Positions 8,906 to 18,758 of a stretch of DNA of 45,655 bases are shown one piece after another. Within the stretch, counting starts at the first letter, position 1. Each line of letters starts with the position of its first letter. The DNA comes from a virus, in IMG/VR virus record IMGVR_UViG_3300045988_062028, positions 1 to 45,655 of that record, one strand, 5' to 3'. The notes beneath the pieces are model-generated. The model saw only the letters and a list, made by a program, of their open reading frames with translations. It had not been told where the DNA came from and ran no database searches. Both the position numbers and the translations under genes were made by a program.

Positions 8906-9532
8906 TTATTGCGCCGCTTCGTCAAAAAAGTAGATCGCGCAAGGCGCGTATTCGTTGTTCTCCACGGTGTCCTGATAAGCGTGGAACTCGACCGGGAGCG
9001 TACCCTCTCCCTTGTCGCTGAAAGTCAACGTCACGCCCGTGTTGTTCAGCGCATTGTCAAGCGCGATGGCAACAAGACCCTTGGACGTGTTGCCAAACCA
9101 GACGAGGTTTTGAATATAGTCGCTGTCCTCGATATTGGTTCGCAGTTTGATCGTGGTCTTTTTTCCGACTGTGAAGGCTTTGTCCTCGGTCTTCTCAGCC
9201 GTGCCGAGTGCAAGCACGAAGTTATCCGGCGTGATCTCCATAAGCGTCGCGGTCAGCTTGATATCCCAAGTATCAATGACCGTACTGCCTTTGAACTCAT
9301 ACCGCTTTCCGTCCGCCTCGATGCTGCGCATGGTTGGCGTTGCGGTAAATGTGCCGCCGCCTCGCGTCGCGCCCAGCGCCTTTGTGCCGTCCTTAATGGC
9401 GCCAAAAAGGGCTTCTTCGAGCGCGCTGTATTCGGTGTAGGTGCTCAGGTCAAAATTTTTGAGAAAAGCGCCCGCGTTGAGCTGCAACCGCTCAAACGTC
9501 TGCGGCCTGACAGCCGTTACAGGTTTGCCCAT
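8906..9532 (-). CDS. Major tail (tube) protein (208 aa)
   Basis: Position upstream of the chaperones; size and beta-rich sequence fit. Confidence 0.65.
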   Translation of the reverse strand: MGKPVTAVRPQTFERLQLNAGAFLKNFDLSTYTEYSALEEALFGAIKDGTKALGATRGGGTFTATPTMRSIEADGKRYEFKGSTVIDTWDIKLTATLMEITPDNFVLALGTAEKTEDKAFTVGKKTTIKLRTNIEDSDYIQNLVWFGNTSKGLVAIALDNALNNTGVTLTFSDKGEGTLPVEFHAYQDTVENNEYAPCAIYFFDEAAQ

Positions 9533-9537
9533 TTATT

Positions 9538-9903
9538 TCACCTCGATTGATACGAATTGATTTGAAAATTGAGATACGCGACTTTGATTTCCGGGTTTGC
9601 GATGGGCTGATACTGCACCAGCGGGTCGGCGGGGCGAATGGCAATGTAGCCGTTCGCCGTCGGAAGCATGAGCAGCTCGCCCACCGCTTTTGTGATCTCG
9701 TCAACCTTGGCGCATATGCCCTTGTAGCTTTCCGACCGATACCACACACGCGCCTGATGACTTGCAGCGTTTCGCCAGTCCGGCTCAATGACGGTGTAGG
9801 TGATATATGGGAGTTTCGCGTTCTCCGGCACGTTGCTTTCCGGGTATGCGTCAAGGCCGAACCCGGAATAAAAGCTGTATAGTGCCTTTGCCGTCTCGGT
9901 CAT
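9538..9903 (-). CDS. Tail terminator / tail completion protein (121 aa)
   Basis: ATGA overlap with the upstream gene; lies between the head-closure and tube genes. Confidence 0.5.
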   Translation of the reverse strand: MTETAKALYSFYSGFGLDAYPESNVPENAKLPYITYTVIEPDWRNAASHQARVWYRSESYKGICAKVDEITKAVGELLMLPTANGYIAIRPADPLVQYQPIANPEIKVAYLNFQINSYQSR

Positions 9904-10259
9904 GTCGGAAGCTCCCACCTCTCAGCCGTCACTTGCTCAAAGTCAAACGTTGCCACGTCGGGTGGTCTGCTGTCGGTGTAGTCGCTTGTCACGCGGAATA
10001 TTGCTCCGTCAGAAACGCGGCGGAAAACCTCGTGATACTCAAGCGCAACGCCTCGCGCCGTCGTGATGGTGTAGACGCTGGAAACGCCCTGCTTCTCGGC
10101 GACACGCGCTTGCAAGCTCTGATCTTTGACAATCGCCGCGTCGAACTCGTCGCCGTCCGCCCAGCTCGTTTCAAAGCCACCCAGCCCGTCAGGGACGCGC
10201 TTTTTTTCCAGCATCACGCACGGCTGAGAAAATCTCTCGATTAGCTCTGCGTTAGTCAT
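9900..10259 (-). CDS. Head closure / head-tail adaptor protein (119 aa)
   Basis: Synteny in the connector module. Confidence 0.5.
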   Translation of the reverse strand: MTNAELIERFSQPCVMLEKKRVPDGLGGFETSWADGDEFDAAIVKDQSLQARVAEKQGVSSVYTITTARGVALEYHEVFRRVSDGAIFRVTSDYTDSRPPDVATFDFEQVTAERWELPT

Positions 10260-10665
10260 CGCTTATCCTCCGATAAGGGGCAAGGCGGGAGGCAAAAGCC
10301 CCCTGCCAGCCTATTGGCGCGCCGGTCGTGCCGGATGCGCGGGAGTAACTGTAACCGCCGAAACTCTCAGAAACCTTGTCGGTCACCGGGTTCTTCTCCG
10401 TGTACGCGGCGATTTCCACTGCAAGCTCTTTGACGCTTTTCGGGATTGCCAGCGCCCAGATTTCGCCCTTGAAGGTTTCATCTGCCAGCGTCTCGCCGCT
10501 CTGATAGACGTGCAGTCCGTCGGAAAACACGCTGCCCCTGATACGGTAATACTGCCCCGGTTTCAGAAAGTCAACGTCAGGGATGCCGGAAGCGATAGTG
10601 AACGTCCCAGCGTCGCACCTGACGGGAAACCAGTTATGCAGATACGTCAAAACCGCTTCAAGCAT
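10252..10665 (-). CDS. Head-tail connector (gp6-like, 137 aa)
   Basis: Synteny: first connector gene after the capsid gene. Confidence 0.5.
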   Translation of the reverse strand: MLEAVLTYLHNWFPVRCDAGTFTIASGIPDVDFLKPGQYYRIRGSVFSDGLHVYQSGETLADETFKGEIWALAIPKSVKELAVEIAAYTEKNPVTDKVSESFGGYSYSRASGTTGAPIGWQGAFASRLAPYRRISDD

Positions 10666-10783
10666 TGGTTTGCTCCGTTTCTGCGGCTTTGATCGCCGCC
10701 ACGATATCCGCCTTGTTCATCGAGCTGCCGACACCCTCAACGCCCTTCTCGGCGGCATACGCCAGCAATTCAGCCTTTGTCAT
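10658..10783 (-). CDS. Small Rho_N/SAP-like protein (41 aa)
   Basis: MTKAELLAYAAEKGVEGVGSSMNKADIVAAIKAAE matches the Rho N-terminal-like helix pattern often seen after capsid genes. The SD is weak. Confidence 0.4.
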   Translation of the reverse strand: MTKAELLAYAAEKGVEGVGSSMNKADIVAAIKAAETEQTNA

Positions 10784-10830
10784 GCCGCCAAGATTGGCGC
10801 TTTGAAGCGTAGGCGTTTCGGACAGCTCCG

Positions 10831-11895
10831 TTATTCCCCCGTCACAGACGCGATATACAGGCTGTTCGGATTGTAAAGCACCGGCATAAAGAGCGCGCTT
10901 GCCTTTGTCCACAGAACAGCCGGATCTTTCTCCATCCACTGCGAAACGTAGACATACGGGCTTACGCCGCTCGCTCCGACCTGCATAAACGCACCCGCGT
11001 CAGTCTCCGGCGGGTCGCCCCACAGGCCATCGCCCAGACGACCAGCAGGATTCGCCGCGAAGAGCGTGATCTTATCTTTCGGGTAGTAGCGCTTCGTCGT
11101 TCTGTTCGGGCGGCCATTCGCGCCGACACCATTTTCGACTGCATAGGTCAAATCGTTTGCGATAACGCGCTGAATGCCAAACTCCTCATTGAGATAGGCG
11201 TTGAAAGCGTCCGCACGGACAAGTGCGCCAGCGCCAACGTTGCCGTTCACAGCCTTCTGAATCGCCGCATTGCTGCGCATTTTGGTGATGTTCGCCTTGC
11301 TGGTGTAAATGCCGGTCAGCGTCACGCCGTTGTCGGTCGCCTCATCGATCAGCGCTTGCAGCAGCTTCGGCACGTTAGCGCTCTCGGACAGGTCGAGCGT
11401 CTTGGAGGTCTGCCCAGACGGCACGCCGTAATCAACGGTCAGGTTGAGGTTATTCTCCTTGATCGTTACCTTGCCCGTTGCCAGCAGCTCGTTCTTGGCA
11501 ACCTTCGTGCGCGTCACGACCTGCTCCGACAGGTTGATGCCATCGCGGATGACATAATCGTACATGTCATTCTGCTGCACACCGCTTCGCAGAAGAGCGC
11601 GCATGCGCTCGGACTGATTGATTTTGACTTTAATCAGACCCTTTTCAATGTTGTGCGTATCGACCGGAACGCGGAAGGTCGTTCGTGCTTCGGTATCAAA
11701 GCCGTGGAACTGCGCCATGACGGGGATCTGATACTGCGCCGCGATGCTCTGCCAGTAGGCTACCAGATTCGCGGTTCGCGTGTCGCCGAACAGACCGTCA
11801 ATCGGGTCGTTCGGGCGGGCAACCTGGAACGGGATGTTCAGCCAGTCTTTCTGCGGGATAAAACCCAGGATGTTGTTTTCAAACATTTCAGCCAT
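10831..11895 (-). CDS. Major capsid protein (354 aa)
   Basis: Size fits, SD is present, and it follows the scaffold and decoration-like genes. Confidence 0.8.
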   Translation of the reverse strand: MAEMFENNILGFIPQKDWLNIPFQVARPNDPIDGLFGDTRTANLVAYWQSIAAQYQIPVMAQFHGFDTEARTTFRVPVDTHNIEKGLIKVKINQSERMRALLRSGVQQNDMYDYVIRDGINLSEQVVTRTKVAKNELLATGKVTIKENNLNLTVDYGVPSGQTSKTLDLSESANVPKLLQALIDEATDNGVTLTGIYTSKANITKMRSNAAIQKAVNGNVGAGALVRADAFNAYLNEEFGIQRVIANDLTYAVENGVGANGRPNRTTKRYYPKDKITLFAANPAGRLGDGLWGDPPETDAGAFMQVGASGVSPYVYVSQWMEKDPAVLWTKASALFMPVLYNPNSLYIASVTGE

Positions 11896-11910
11896 TTTTC
11901 TTCACCTCTT

Positions 11911-12270
11911 TCAGTACGGGCGCGTGATCGCCGGTGCAGTAGCAACAAAGGTGATGCCTTTCAGCGCCGTCTTTGCAGCCGTATCAACCGCCGGAGAAAT
12001 CTTGTCCTCATAGACAGCTCCGCGCGTAACGACAGACCCCGGCATGTCGCCGCTGGACACGTCCACATCCTCATACAGGATGCCGACCGCCGTTGTGTCA
12101 TTCGCCGGGATGACAGACCCCGCCGGAACATACTTGCCGCCGTTTGTGGCGGTTTTGACGTTCTCGTGGTCTGCCTTGACCGTGCAAGTCTCCCGCGTTA
12201 CGTCTTCAGCATGAACCAGAAAATAACCAGGCGCGTAAACCGCGCCGTTTTCAGCTTTGATAAAGCTCAT
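11911..12270 (-). CDS. Head decoration-like protein (DUF2190-like, 119 aa)
   Basis: Small beta-rich protein between scaffold and capsid; ATGA overlap with the scaffold gene. Confidence 0.45.
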   Translation of the reverse strand: MSFIKAENGAVYAPGYFLVHAEDVTRETCTVKADHENVKTATNGGKYVPAGSVIPANDTTAVGILYEDVDVSSGDMPGSVVTRGAVYEDKISPAVDTAAKTALKGITFVATAPAITRPY

Positions 12271-12845
12271 TTTTTCGCCCCTTCTGCCGCGCCATAAATC
12301 GCGGCGTAATAATCCTTGGCAACCTGTGCCGCGCGGCTGGATACCCCGCCACCGTTGTTGTCGGGCGGATTATCCACATTCGCGCCGTGTGTATTGGTGT
12401 TTGGGATAAAGTCCGCATAGTCGGTCTTGATCCCATTCTTCACGCCTTCTGCGTCTTCCAGCTTGCCGTCTTTGACCTTCACGGTGGAAAGATCAGTCAG
12501 GCGTACAATGCTGTCAGCTCGCTTGCCAGTGATGCCCAGCGCGTTAAGCTGCTCCCGGTACAGTCGCTCGGCCAGTGCCGCCGATTCTTTGGCGTTCTGG
12601 TCGTTCTTGTACTTCTCAAAAGCCGCGCGTTCGCTGTCATACTTGCTTTTGTAGTCCTCTCCGCCGCCCTTTGCTTTCAGGTCGTCCAACTCCTTCTGGA
12701 CGTCTTTCAGCTTCTCGGCGTCGGTTTTGTAGCCCGCCATCTGGCTTTTCAGCCCGTCAACGGTTTCCGTGTGCGCCTCAACCACGCTGTCAACCTGTTC
12801 TTCGGTCAGACCAAGCGCCTTGAGAAATTTTCTGGTGAATGCCAT
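12267..12845 (-). CDS. Scaffolding protein (192 aa)
   Basis: Helical and charged (..KLKDVQKELDDLKAKGG..); located upstream of the capsid gene. Confidence 0.65.
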   Translation of the reverse strand: MAFTRKFLKALGLTEEQVDSVVEAHTETVDGLKSQMAGYKTDAEKLKDVQKELDDLKAKGGGEDYKSKYDSERAAFEKYKNDQNAKESAALAERLYREQLNALGITGKRADSIVRLTDLSTVKVKDGKLEDAEGVKNGIKTDYADFIPNTNTHGANVDNPPDNNGGGVSSRAAQVAKDYYAAIYGAAEGAKK

Positions 12846-12927
12846 GTTTACGCTCCTTTACTTCGGGGGCTGTTCTTCGCCCTTCGCTTTATATATGCAA
12901 ACGGCGGTACTTTGCCGTTTTTGCCAA

Positions 12928-12952
12928 AAGAAAAACCGCTGCTCTCAGCGGT
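12928..12952 (-). terminator. Rho-independent terminator (minus strand)
   Basis: ACCGCTG-AGAG-CAGCGGT followed by TTTTTCTTTT on the minus strand. Confidence 0.55.
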
Positions 12953-13115
12953 GCTTGTCAATTTCCCTGTTTGCCTTTGCCCTGATTTTCTCAATCTTCC
13001 GCGCCAGTGCGCGTTGGCCTTGCCTTGTGCCGGGCGCGGATTCTCGCGCCTGTTTGATCTCTTTTCGCGCTCCCCTGCGGATTTTCTCACGTCTGAACCA
13101 CTTGATAAGCCCCAT
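12945..13115 (-). CDS. Small highly basic protein (56 aa)
   Basis: SD AGGAGG lies 5 nt before the ATG; MGLIKWFRREKIRRGARKEIKQ... Confidence 0.5.
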   Translation of the reverse strand: MGLIKWFRREKIRRGARKEIKQARESAPGTRQGQRALARKIEKIRAKANREIDKHR

Positions 13116-13116
13116 T

Positions 13117-13539
13117 TTAACCTCCTGACAGCTCGTCTCGCATGATTTCCTTGTACTCTTCTCGATGATCTTCAATCGCGGGTCTCAGGTAGCGGTGCGG
13201 TCGCATAAACGATTTACCGATTCCGCTTCCTCGCGTCGTTGTGAACTGCTCCCATTCAGGCGGCGCTTCAAAATGCGGACCCGTGCCCAGCTCAACATAC
13301 GGCGCATATTCGACGTTGCTTCCCACGCTCACCACGTCGTCGTCAACCCTGTGAGTGATGCTGTTTTTAAGTGTTCCGCCGATATACCCTTTCTTTCCCG
13401 TGCTTTCCTCTGTGCCTGTAGGGCACTTGTCCTTTGCGTATGTTTCAGCTTTCTGACCGATGGTCTCAAGCGCCCGCGCCTTTGCGCGTTCCAGCTCTGC
13501 CAGAAACGCCGCGCTGTTGTCGATCAGGTTTCCCGCCAT
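13117..13539 (-). CDS. HK97 gp10-like phage protein (140 aa)
   Basis: The pattern ..GTLKNSITHRVDDDVVSVGSNVEYAPYVELGTG.. is typical of the gp10 family; SD GGAGA. Confidence 0.5.
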   Translation of the reverse strand: MAGNLIDNSAAFLAELERAKARALETIGQKAETYAKDKCPTGTEESTGKKGYIGGTLKNSITHRVDDDVVSVGSNVEYAPYVELGTGPHFEAPPEWEQFTTTRGSGIGKSFMRPHRYLRPAIEDHREEYKEIMRDELSGG

Positions 13540-14506
13540 TGTGCGTCTCCTTCCATCCTGCCCACTCCGCATAGGTCTTAAACGGTATCATGTCGCGGGT
13601 GATGTTGTCGCGCCGCGTCTCATTTCGCGGCGGATACTTGGGATTGTACGACACGAGCGCACACCGGCAGTTGTACACATTCGCGGGTCTTGCGTTGGGG
13701 TCGCCCGGACACATGATCTCGCCCAGCTCGCTTTGAAACGGCTTGTCTACGTCTACCCGCTGCCCATCAAGCATGGCGTGAGAGTGGCGCGTGTGGTTGT
13801 CCAGCGTCGCCCGCCACTCCTTTTGCAGCTTGATACCCAGCTTCGCCGCCTGATGATAGCTTTCGATTCGTCCCGCGTTCTGCGCGTAGGTCATCGCGGT
13901 TCTCGCATGTCGCCTTGCGCTGACCTCGTTCGCCGTCGTCACGCGCTGCAATCGCTTCACAACCGTCTCAAGCGGTTCGCCCTGGATGATGCCCTGCGTG
14001 ATCTGCTGCGTGATCTGCGTGTGATTCCAGCGCTTGTCCACCGGTATATCCACCTTTGACGGCGGCAGAAGGTCGGGCTGGTCGCGGATAAGCTGCTTCA
14101 CGGTCGATGCGTCGTACAGCTCAAAGCCCATGTTTATCCGTGCGCCCTTTTCAAGCATGTAGCTCGACCAGTTGGCATTGTAGGCAAACGCTTCCGGGGT
14201 CGTGTCGTTGATGATCTGCATAGCAAGCTCGTTGTTGTGCGTCAGCGTATCCGTCATGTTGGCAAGCATCTGCCTCCAGCGCTTGCCTTGGAACACTTGC
14301 CCTGCCAGCCAATCGCGGTACGTCTCTTGTGTGATCTCTCCCGCTTCGAGCTGCGCACGGTACTTTTTATCGTCCCTACGGAATTTCGCGATGAACTTGT
14401 CGAGTTTGCGCTGGATATCAGCCGCCGCGTCGGTGTACACGTCGCGGATGCGCCGCTCTAGCTCTTCAATCTGCTTGTCAGTCCATCGAACCGCCTGATC
14501 TGTCAA
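13466..14506 (-). CDS. Head morphogenesis protein (SPP1 gp7 / Mu F-like, 346 aa)
   Basis: ..TRHSHAMLDGQ..NVYNCRCALV.. MuF signature; follows the portal region; TTG start with SD GGGGTGA. Confidence 0.8.
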   Translation of the reverse strand: MTDQAVRWTDKQIEELERRIRDVYTDAAADIQRKLDKFIAKFRRDDKKYRAQLEAGEITQETYRDWLAGQVFQGKRWRQMLANMTDTLTHNNELAMQIINDTTPEAFAYNANWSSYMLEKGARINMGFELYDASTVKQLIRDQPDLLPPSKVDIPVDKRWNHTQITQQITQGIIQGEPLETVVKRLQRVTTANEVSARRHARTAMTYAQNAGRIESYHQAAKLGIKLQKEWRATLDNHTRHSHAMLDGQRVDVDKPFQSELGEIMCPGDPNARPANVYNCRCALVSYNPKYPPRNETRRDNITRDMIPFKTYAEWAGWKETHNGGKPDRQQRGVSGRAGTRKGAGA

Positions 14507-14518
14507 GCGCCGTCACCC

Positions 14519-14956
14519 CTATTTTCTGCGCCAACGTTTGTTTGCTCCATCCCAAGACAACCCGTTCGCCTTAGCTTCTGCTCGCAAATTGTAAGTTTGC
14601 CCGCTGATAGAGTTCACCTTCGACCAGTTAATTCCGAAGGTTTTTCCATCAAGCGCACCATGCGCGACTTCGTATGTTAGATACTGCGTTCTGTTTGTTT
14701 TGGCTGTTTTCGTGCGTGTTACTGGCTGAGCATACGAGAACGTCAGGTTTCCTTTCCCGTCAGTCGTTGCTTCAAGGACTTCCTCTTTGTGATAGCTGCC
14801 GCCCCAGCCTCTTGCCTCACGAAAAGTTCCCTCGATAATCTGCTTTTTTGCTTTTACGAGCGCTCCATCGCTTGACCCTTTCACATAGCCTGCACCGCCT
14901 CCGCCGCCGGAACCGCCGCCGCGCCCTCCGAACAGCTCAAGACTGATTTCTAACAC
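14519..14956 (-). CDS. Glycine-rich protein with an L27-like N-terminal motif (145 aa)
   Basis: GTG start 6 nt after AAGGAGGG. The N-terminus is VLEISLELFGGRGGGSGGGGGAGY. Confidence 0.5.
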   Translation of the reverse strand: MLEISLELFGGRGGGSGGGGGAGYVKGSSDGALVKAKKQIIEGTFREARGWGGSYHKEEVLEATTDGKGNLTFSYAQPVTRTKTAKTNRTQYLTYEVAHGALDGKTFGINWSKVNSISGQTYNLRAEAKANGLSWDGANKRWRRK

Positions 14957-15587
14957 GCTCTTCCCTCCTTTGCTCGAAACGCTTATAAAATGTATCAACA
15001 TGGATGATATTTCCACGCGCTTCCGCCGGGACGTTGCCGAAGAAAATGACGCCGAATGGATTGAGACGTTCTAACATTGCATCATATCCGCGCATAAATG
15101 CCGCTTTCGCTCCTTGACCGCGTTGTGTGCCCACGCTTGATACGCTGACAATGGCATTTTGGGGTTCGCCGTCAAAGCACCAATCAAACGTTTTATCATC
15201 GCCCCAGCAAATGGTAGGAATAACGTTAATTCCGTTTAACTGCCAAAATGCGCCCAGCCAGTGTTTGCGATAGTGGTTGTATATCCCCAGCGCTTGAGGA
15301 ACGTCCGCATAAATCGAAAAATCAGGCGACAGAACAGCAGCCGAATTGCGCAATCCGCCCAGATACTTTGTAGGCGCATTCCATAGACGCTCAATTCGGT
15401 AATCATCGACGTACATCTGAACCGCCTCGGTTTTTGTTAGTCTGCGCGACAGGTCATTAAATGGCAACCACGCTTCAATTTCTTCCGGCAAAAAGCCGGG
15501 ATGGATACGCGGGATTCCAAATTTTCCTTCGGTTTCGTCGTTTCCGGGTATCCAGTGCCGCAGATTCTCATAGAGACGACTATTCAT
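14937..15587 (-). CDS. DUF4417-like protein (216 aa)
   Basis: Motifs ..VQMYVDDYRIERLW.. and ..LSPDFSIY.. then ..GINVIPTICWG.., recalled from DUF4417. SD GGAGGAGGA. Start trimmed from the track ORF. Confidence 0.45.
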   Translation of the reverse strand: MNSRLYENLRHWIPGNDETEGKFGIPRIHPGFLPEEIEAWLPFNDLSRRLTKTEAVQMYVDDYRIERLWNAPTKYLGGLRNSAAVLSPDFSIYADVPQALGIYNHYRKHWLGAFWQLNGINVIPTICWGDDKTFDWCFDGEPQNAIVSVSSVGTQRGQGAKAAFMRGYDAMLERLNPFGVIFFGNVPAEARGNIIHVDTFYKRFEQRREERVRNQS

Positions 15588-16974
15588 TGGTTTCCTCCTC
15601 CGATTCCTCGCGCACAAACCGCCCTTCCGTTTCCTCGTCCAGCCGCGCCATGATCTCCGGCACTTTGTCGATGTAGATGTTCGGCAGATTCTCAAGGATC
15701 GTCTGTCTGTCAAGATATGGTGCTTCGAGCATGAGCATTTGTACCTGCTCAAGCTGGTTGCTGATGCGGTTGCGCTTGAAAACAGGAACATCATCAATGC
15801 CGATCAGTCCCAGAATCGACCGAATGCAGGATTCGAGCTGATTTTCAAAGTCATCCGCGTTCTCGTCAAGCGGTTGATACGCGGAGTTAATCGCCGTTGC
15901 GGTCTGGTTAGATGCCGAAATCGCCTTAGTGTCAAACCCACCGAAATCCTCGTAGATATCCTGCCTGATGGTCTGCAAATACGCCGTCCGCGCGGCATAC
16001 GGTACGTCTTGCGTATACGGCTTGATACCGCCGCCATCGCGCGTATCTGCGACTGCGATATGCTGTAAGAGGATTTGGTCGCGGAATTTCTGCAAATCCT
16101 TGTCATCCATACCGCCGTAGTTCTCAAGAATCCAATAGATTTGCGCGCAGTCCTGCAAATCGTTTGCAAACCCAGACCGAATCAGATCATAGCTGTCAAT
16201 GCTCTGCTGCAAACCGACAAGCGTCGACTGATGCAATCGGCTTCCCCACAGCGGAACAATCGGCAGGCGACTGTAATTTTCCTCGGCGATAACCTCAGGC
16301 TCTGCATCGGCAGGCGCTTTTGAGACGGTCTGCTTGTACGCACGCAGATCTCCATCTTTCTCAAATCGCGCATGCCCGGATTTTGATTTAAACCGCCTGT
16401 AACCGTCTTCGGTGTACAGTACGGCAATCGTCGGCTTAGTGCCGTCAATGCGCCAGTATCGCAGGCCAGCGCGCAGCGTGCCGTCGTTCTCGTCCCATAA
16501 CGGCACAAACTCAGTCAGCGGGAAGACATGGATATGATCAAAGTTGAAAAACACGAAACTGACACCGTGAATCAGTGCCAGATATCCAGCTCTGTATAAC
16601 TCGGTATCAAACGTCTTACCCAGCTTTGCTTTAGTCCTGCCGTCCTGCTTCACTTTTCCATCGGTGTCTTTGTCGCTCGCAAAGGTCACGCCGTTGCCCA
16701 GCGAGTAGGCGCAGCGCTGCGTATTCAACCTCCGGAAGAAATTTGACGCGATCTTGTTGTTTGATGCAACATAGTTTCGCACCGATACCCCAGCAGATGA
16801 ATAGATTTTCTTCACATATTCATTTATGGTTTTGTTTCTCTGATGGTCGTACAGGTTAGCTGTCCGCGCCATTTCAACCGCTTCGTTTTGTTCGTGCTCC
16901 GCAATCATCTGCGAGATGAAATCGGGGATTTTATCCTCGTCCGTCGGGAAATCCTGCCACGTCAGCAACGCCAT
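15580..16974 (-). CDS. Portal protein (SPP1 Gp6-like, ~464 aa)
   Basis: Size and position right after TerL. The start is ambiguous: ATG at 16974 or TTG at 16968, just after AAGGAGG. Confidence 0.8.
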   Translation of the reverse strand: MALLTWQDFPTDEDKIPDFISQMIAEHEQNEAVEMARTANLYDHQRNKTINEYVKKIYSSAGVSVRNYVASNNKIASNFFRRLNTQRCAYSLGNGVTFASDKDTDGKVKQDGRTKAKLGKTFDTELYRAGYLALIHGVSFVFFNFDHIHVFPLTEFVPLWDENDGTLRAGLRYWRIDGTKPTIAVLYTEDGYRRFKSKSGHARFEKDGDLRAYKQTVSKAPADAEPEVIAEENYSRLPIVPLWGSRLHQSTLVGLQQSIDSYDLIRSGFANDLQDCAQIYWILENYGGMDDKDLQKFRDQILLQHIAVADTRDGGGIKPYTQDVPYAARTAYLQTIRQDIYEDFGGFDTKAISASNQTATAINSAYQPLDENADDFENQLESCIRSILGLIGIDDVPVFKRNRISNQLEQVQMLMLEAPYLDRQTILENLPNIYIDKVPEIMARLDEETEGRFVREESEEETNE

Positions 16975-16981
16975 CACCTCC

Positions 16982-18286
16982 TTATGCGAAAAATGGGCTT
17001 TTATACTCTTCTTTCGGCTTGACAAGCCGCATGGTGCGCACGCCGTAGCGCAGCGCGTCCATTAAGTGATCGTTGACCTTTATCGGCTTGTCGTCCGCTT
17101 TGTCGTCCCAAACATAGCCGTCAAACTCCTTGCGCAACTCCGGCAGATTGTCGAAAATCCGCACGTCGCCGCGCTGCATGCAAACCGCAACGTCGCGGAT
17201 GCCGTCCAGCACGTCGTTGTCTGCCTTGCGCACGCGGAAAGCAAGCCGCGAACGCCTGAGCGCCGCGATGAACGATGCAGCAGATGGGTCAATGATCGTC
17301 ATCACGCCGCGCTGCTGGTCTTCCGGCAGGCTCTCGCTGACGAACCGCTCCATGTCGCGCACATAGTCCTCGTCAGTCTTTTGCGCCTGCGTGTCGCGCC
17401 CTGAGTAGCGATACTCCCGGAAAATATGCCAAACGCCCTCGCTTTTGCCCCATAGCAGAGCAGCGAAGGCGTTTTGCGTGCCGTAGTCAATAGAGATGAA
17501 AACATCACGCCAGCGCGGCGGCGTGAACGGTGTTTCGAGCGCTGAGGAATAGCCGGGATAGATCATGCCTTCGGCAGATACGCGCTTTCCCTCAATGTCC
17601 CGCTTGTACCATACGGATTGCGGGTCGTACTGTGCGACAATTTCCGCGAATCTCTCGTCGGATATTGTCGCATTGTCGCGCATCAAAAACAGCTCGTAAT
17701 TACAGCCGCCCGGCAATTCTCCGCTCTCCTGCTTTATGCGGTACAGGTCGATATATTTTTCATAGATCGGAGAATTCGGTGCGCTTGGGTTCAAGTCCCA
17801 GAAGAACTTTCTTAGTTTTGCCGCAGCGGTTCGGTTGAACGCCTCCTGAATGAAAGTTTCATGGTGAAGGTTGACCTCCGTTGCAATCCACATGCCGTAA
17901 CTGTTTCCTCGGATTCGCTTGAAGCTGTCTGCCTTTCCAGCTCCAGCAAAAATTACAATTTTTTCCCCCGTCTTCGTCCTGACGCGGATGCAATCATTCC
18001 CTCGATATTTGCCCCATGTACAACGCCCACGGAACTGGGCTTCAATGCCCATTCCGTTACAGTCCCCGATATTCAGCTTTGCCGTTGGCGATGTTGAAGC
18101 ACTCGCAAGGTGTATCTTGTCCGGGCAAGTTTCAAGCTCTGTGCAGAAGGCGAAAACATTATCAACCGTCTTTCCGGCACGAATAGCTCCCTCGGCGATA
18201 TTGTACATATTTTTGCGACAGGCGCGGATATATGAGAGGTGCTTTGGGCTAAAAACAGGCACATATTTACGTGTCTTCATCGCCAT
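16982..18286 (-). CDS. terL: Terminase large subunit
   Basis: Walker A GAIRAGKT; about 434 aa; overlaps the TerS 3' end. Confidence 0.85.
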   Translation of the reverse strand: MAMKTRKYVPVFSPKHLSYIRACRKNMYNIAEGAIRAGKTVDNVFAFCTELETCPDKIHLASASTSPTAKLNIGDCNGMGIEAQFRGRCTWGKYRGNDCIRVRTKTGEKIVIFAGAGKADSFKRIRGNSYGMWIATEVNLHHETFIQEAFNRTAAAKLRKFFWDLNPSAPNSPIYEKYIDLYRIKQESGELPGGCNYELFLMRDNATISDERFAEIVAQYDPQSVWYKRDIEGKRVSAEGMIYPGYSSALETPFTPPRWRDVFISIDYGTQNAFAALLWGKSEGVWHIFREYRYSGRDTQAQKTDEDYVRDMERFVSESLPEDQQRGVMTIIDPSAASFIAALRRSRLAFRVRKADNDVLDGIRDVAVCMQRGDVRIFDNLPELRKEFDGYVWDDKADDKPIKVNDHLMDALRYGVRTMRLVKPKEEYKSPFFA

Positions 18287-18758
18287 ATACCTCTTCGCGT
18301 GTCGCGTCAATGTCTTCGATGTCAACATCCGCCAAGTCCATGTCTGCCGTCAAATCTTTATAAGCCGCCGTCAGATCGCGAAGCCGCCAGCGCTTCGATA
18401 TGACCTCGCGCTTTCCTCCACCCTTCTCAGGCTTGATGATGTCCTTTGCACTCTCCGTTCCGATGCTGCCGGGCAGAGCGTCTATCTCACTCTCCAGCCG
18501 GAGAAGCAGCTTTGACCGAATTCTTGCAGCAATAACCGCGTTATTTGCGGCTTCGTCCGCTTTCTGCGCGACAATGCACTCATTTGTCCTTTGTCGCACT
18601 TTTGTCGCGGTTTTGTCGCGGGTCTCTTTCCATTTTTCCGCTTTCGCCCTTCGCCCGACCGCGTCCTTGGAAATCCCGTACTTGTCAGCCAGATTGCGTA
18701 TGGATGCGCCGCCTGCTATATACTCGGCTCTTATCCGCTCCCAGTCCACCGTCGGCAC
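18267..18758 (-). CDS. terS: Terminase small subunit (163 aa)
   Basis: N-terminal HTH (..ASIRNLADKYGISKDAVGRR..), directly upstream of TerL; GTG start. Confidence 0.7.
   Translation of the reverse strand: MPTVDWERIRAEYIAGGASIRNLADKYGISKDAVGRRAKAEKWKETRDKTATKVRQRTNECIVAQKADEAANNAVIAARIRSKLLLRLESEIDALPGSIGTESAKDIIKPEKGGGKREVISKRWRLRDLTAAYKDLTADMDLADVDIEDIDATREEVYGDEDT

Noticed and set aside
14937-15797. The 286-aa version of the DUF4417-like ORF overlapping the portal 3' end
   Set aside because: The first 70 codons are Arg/Ser/Cys-rich shadow sequence inside the portal gene. GGAGGAGGA followed by the ATG at 15587 gives a coherent start.
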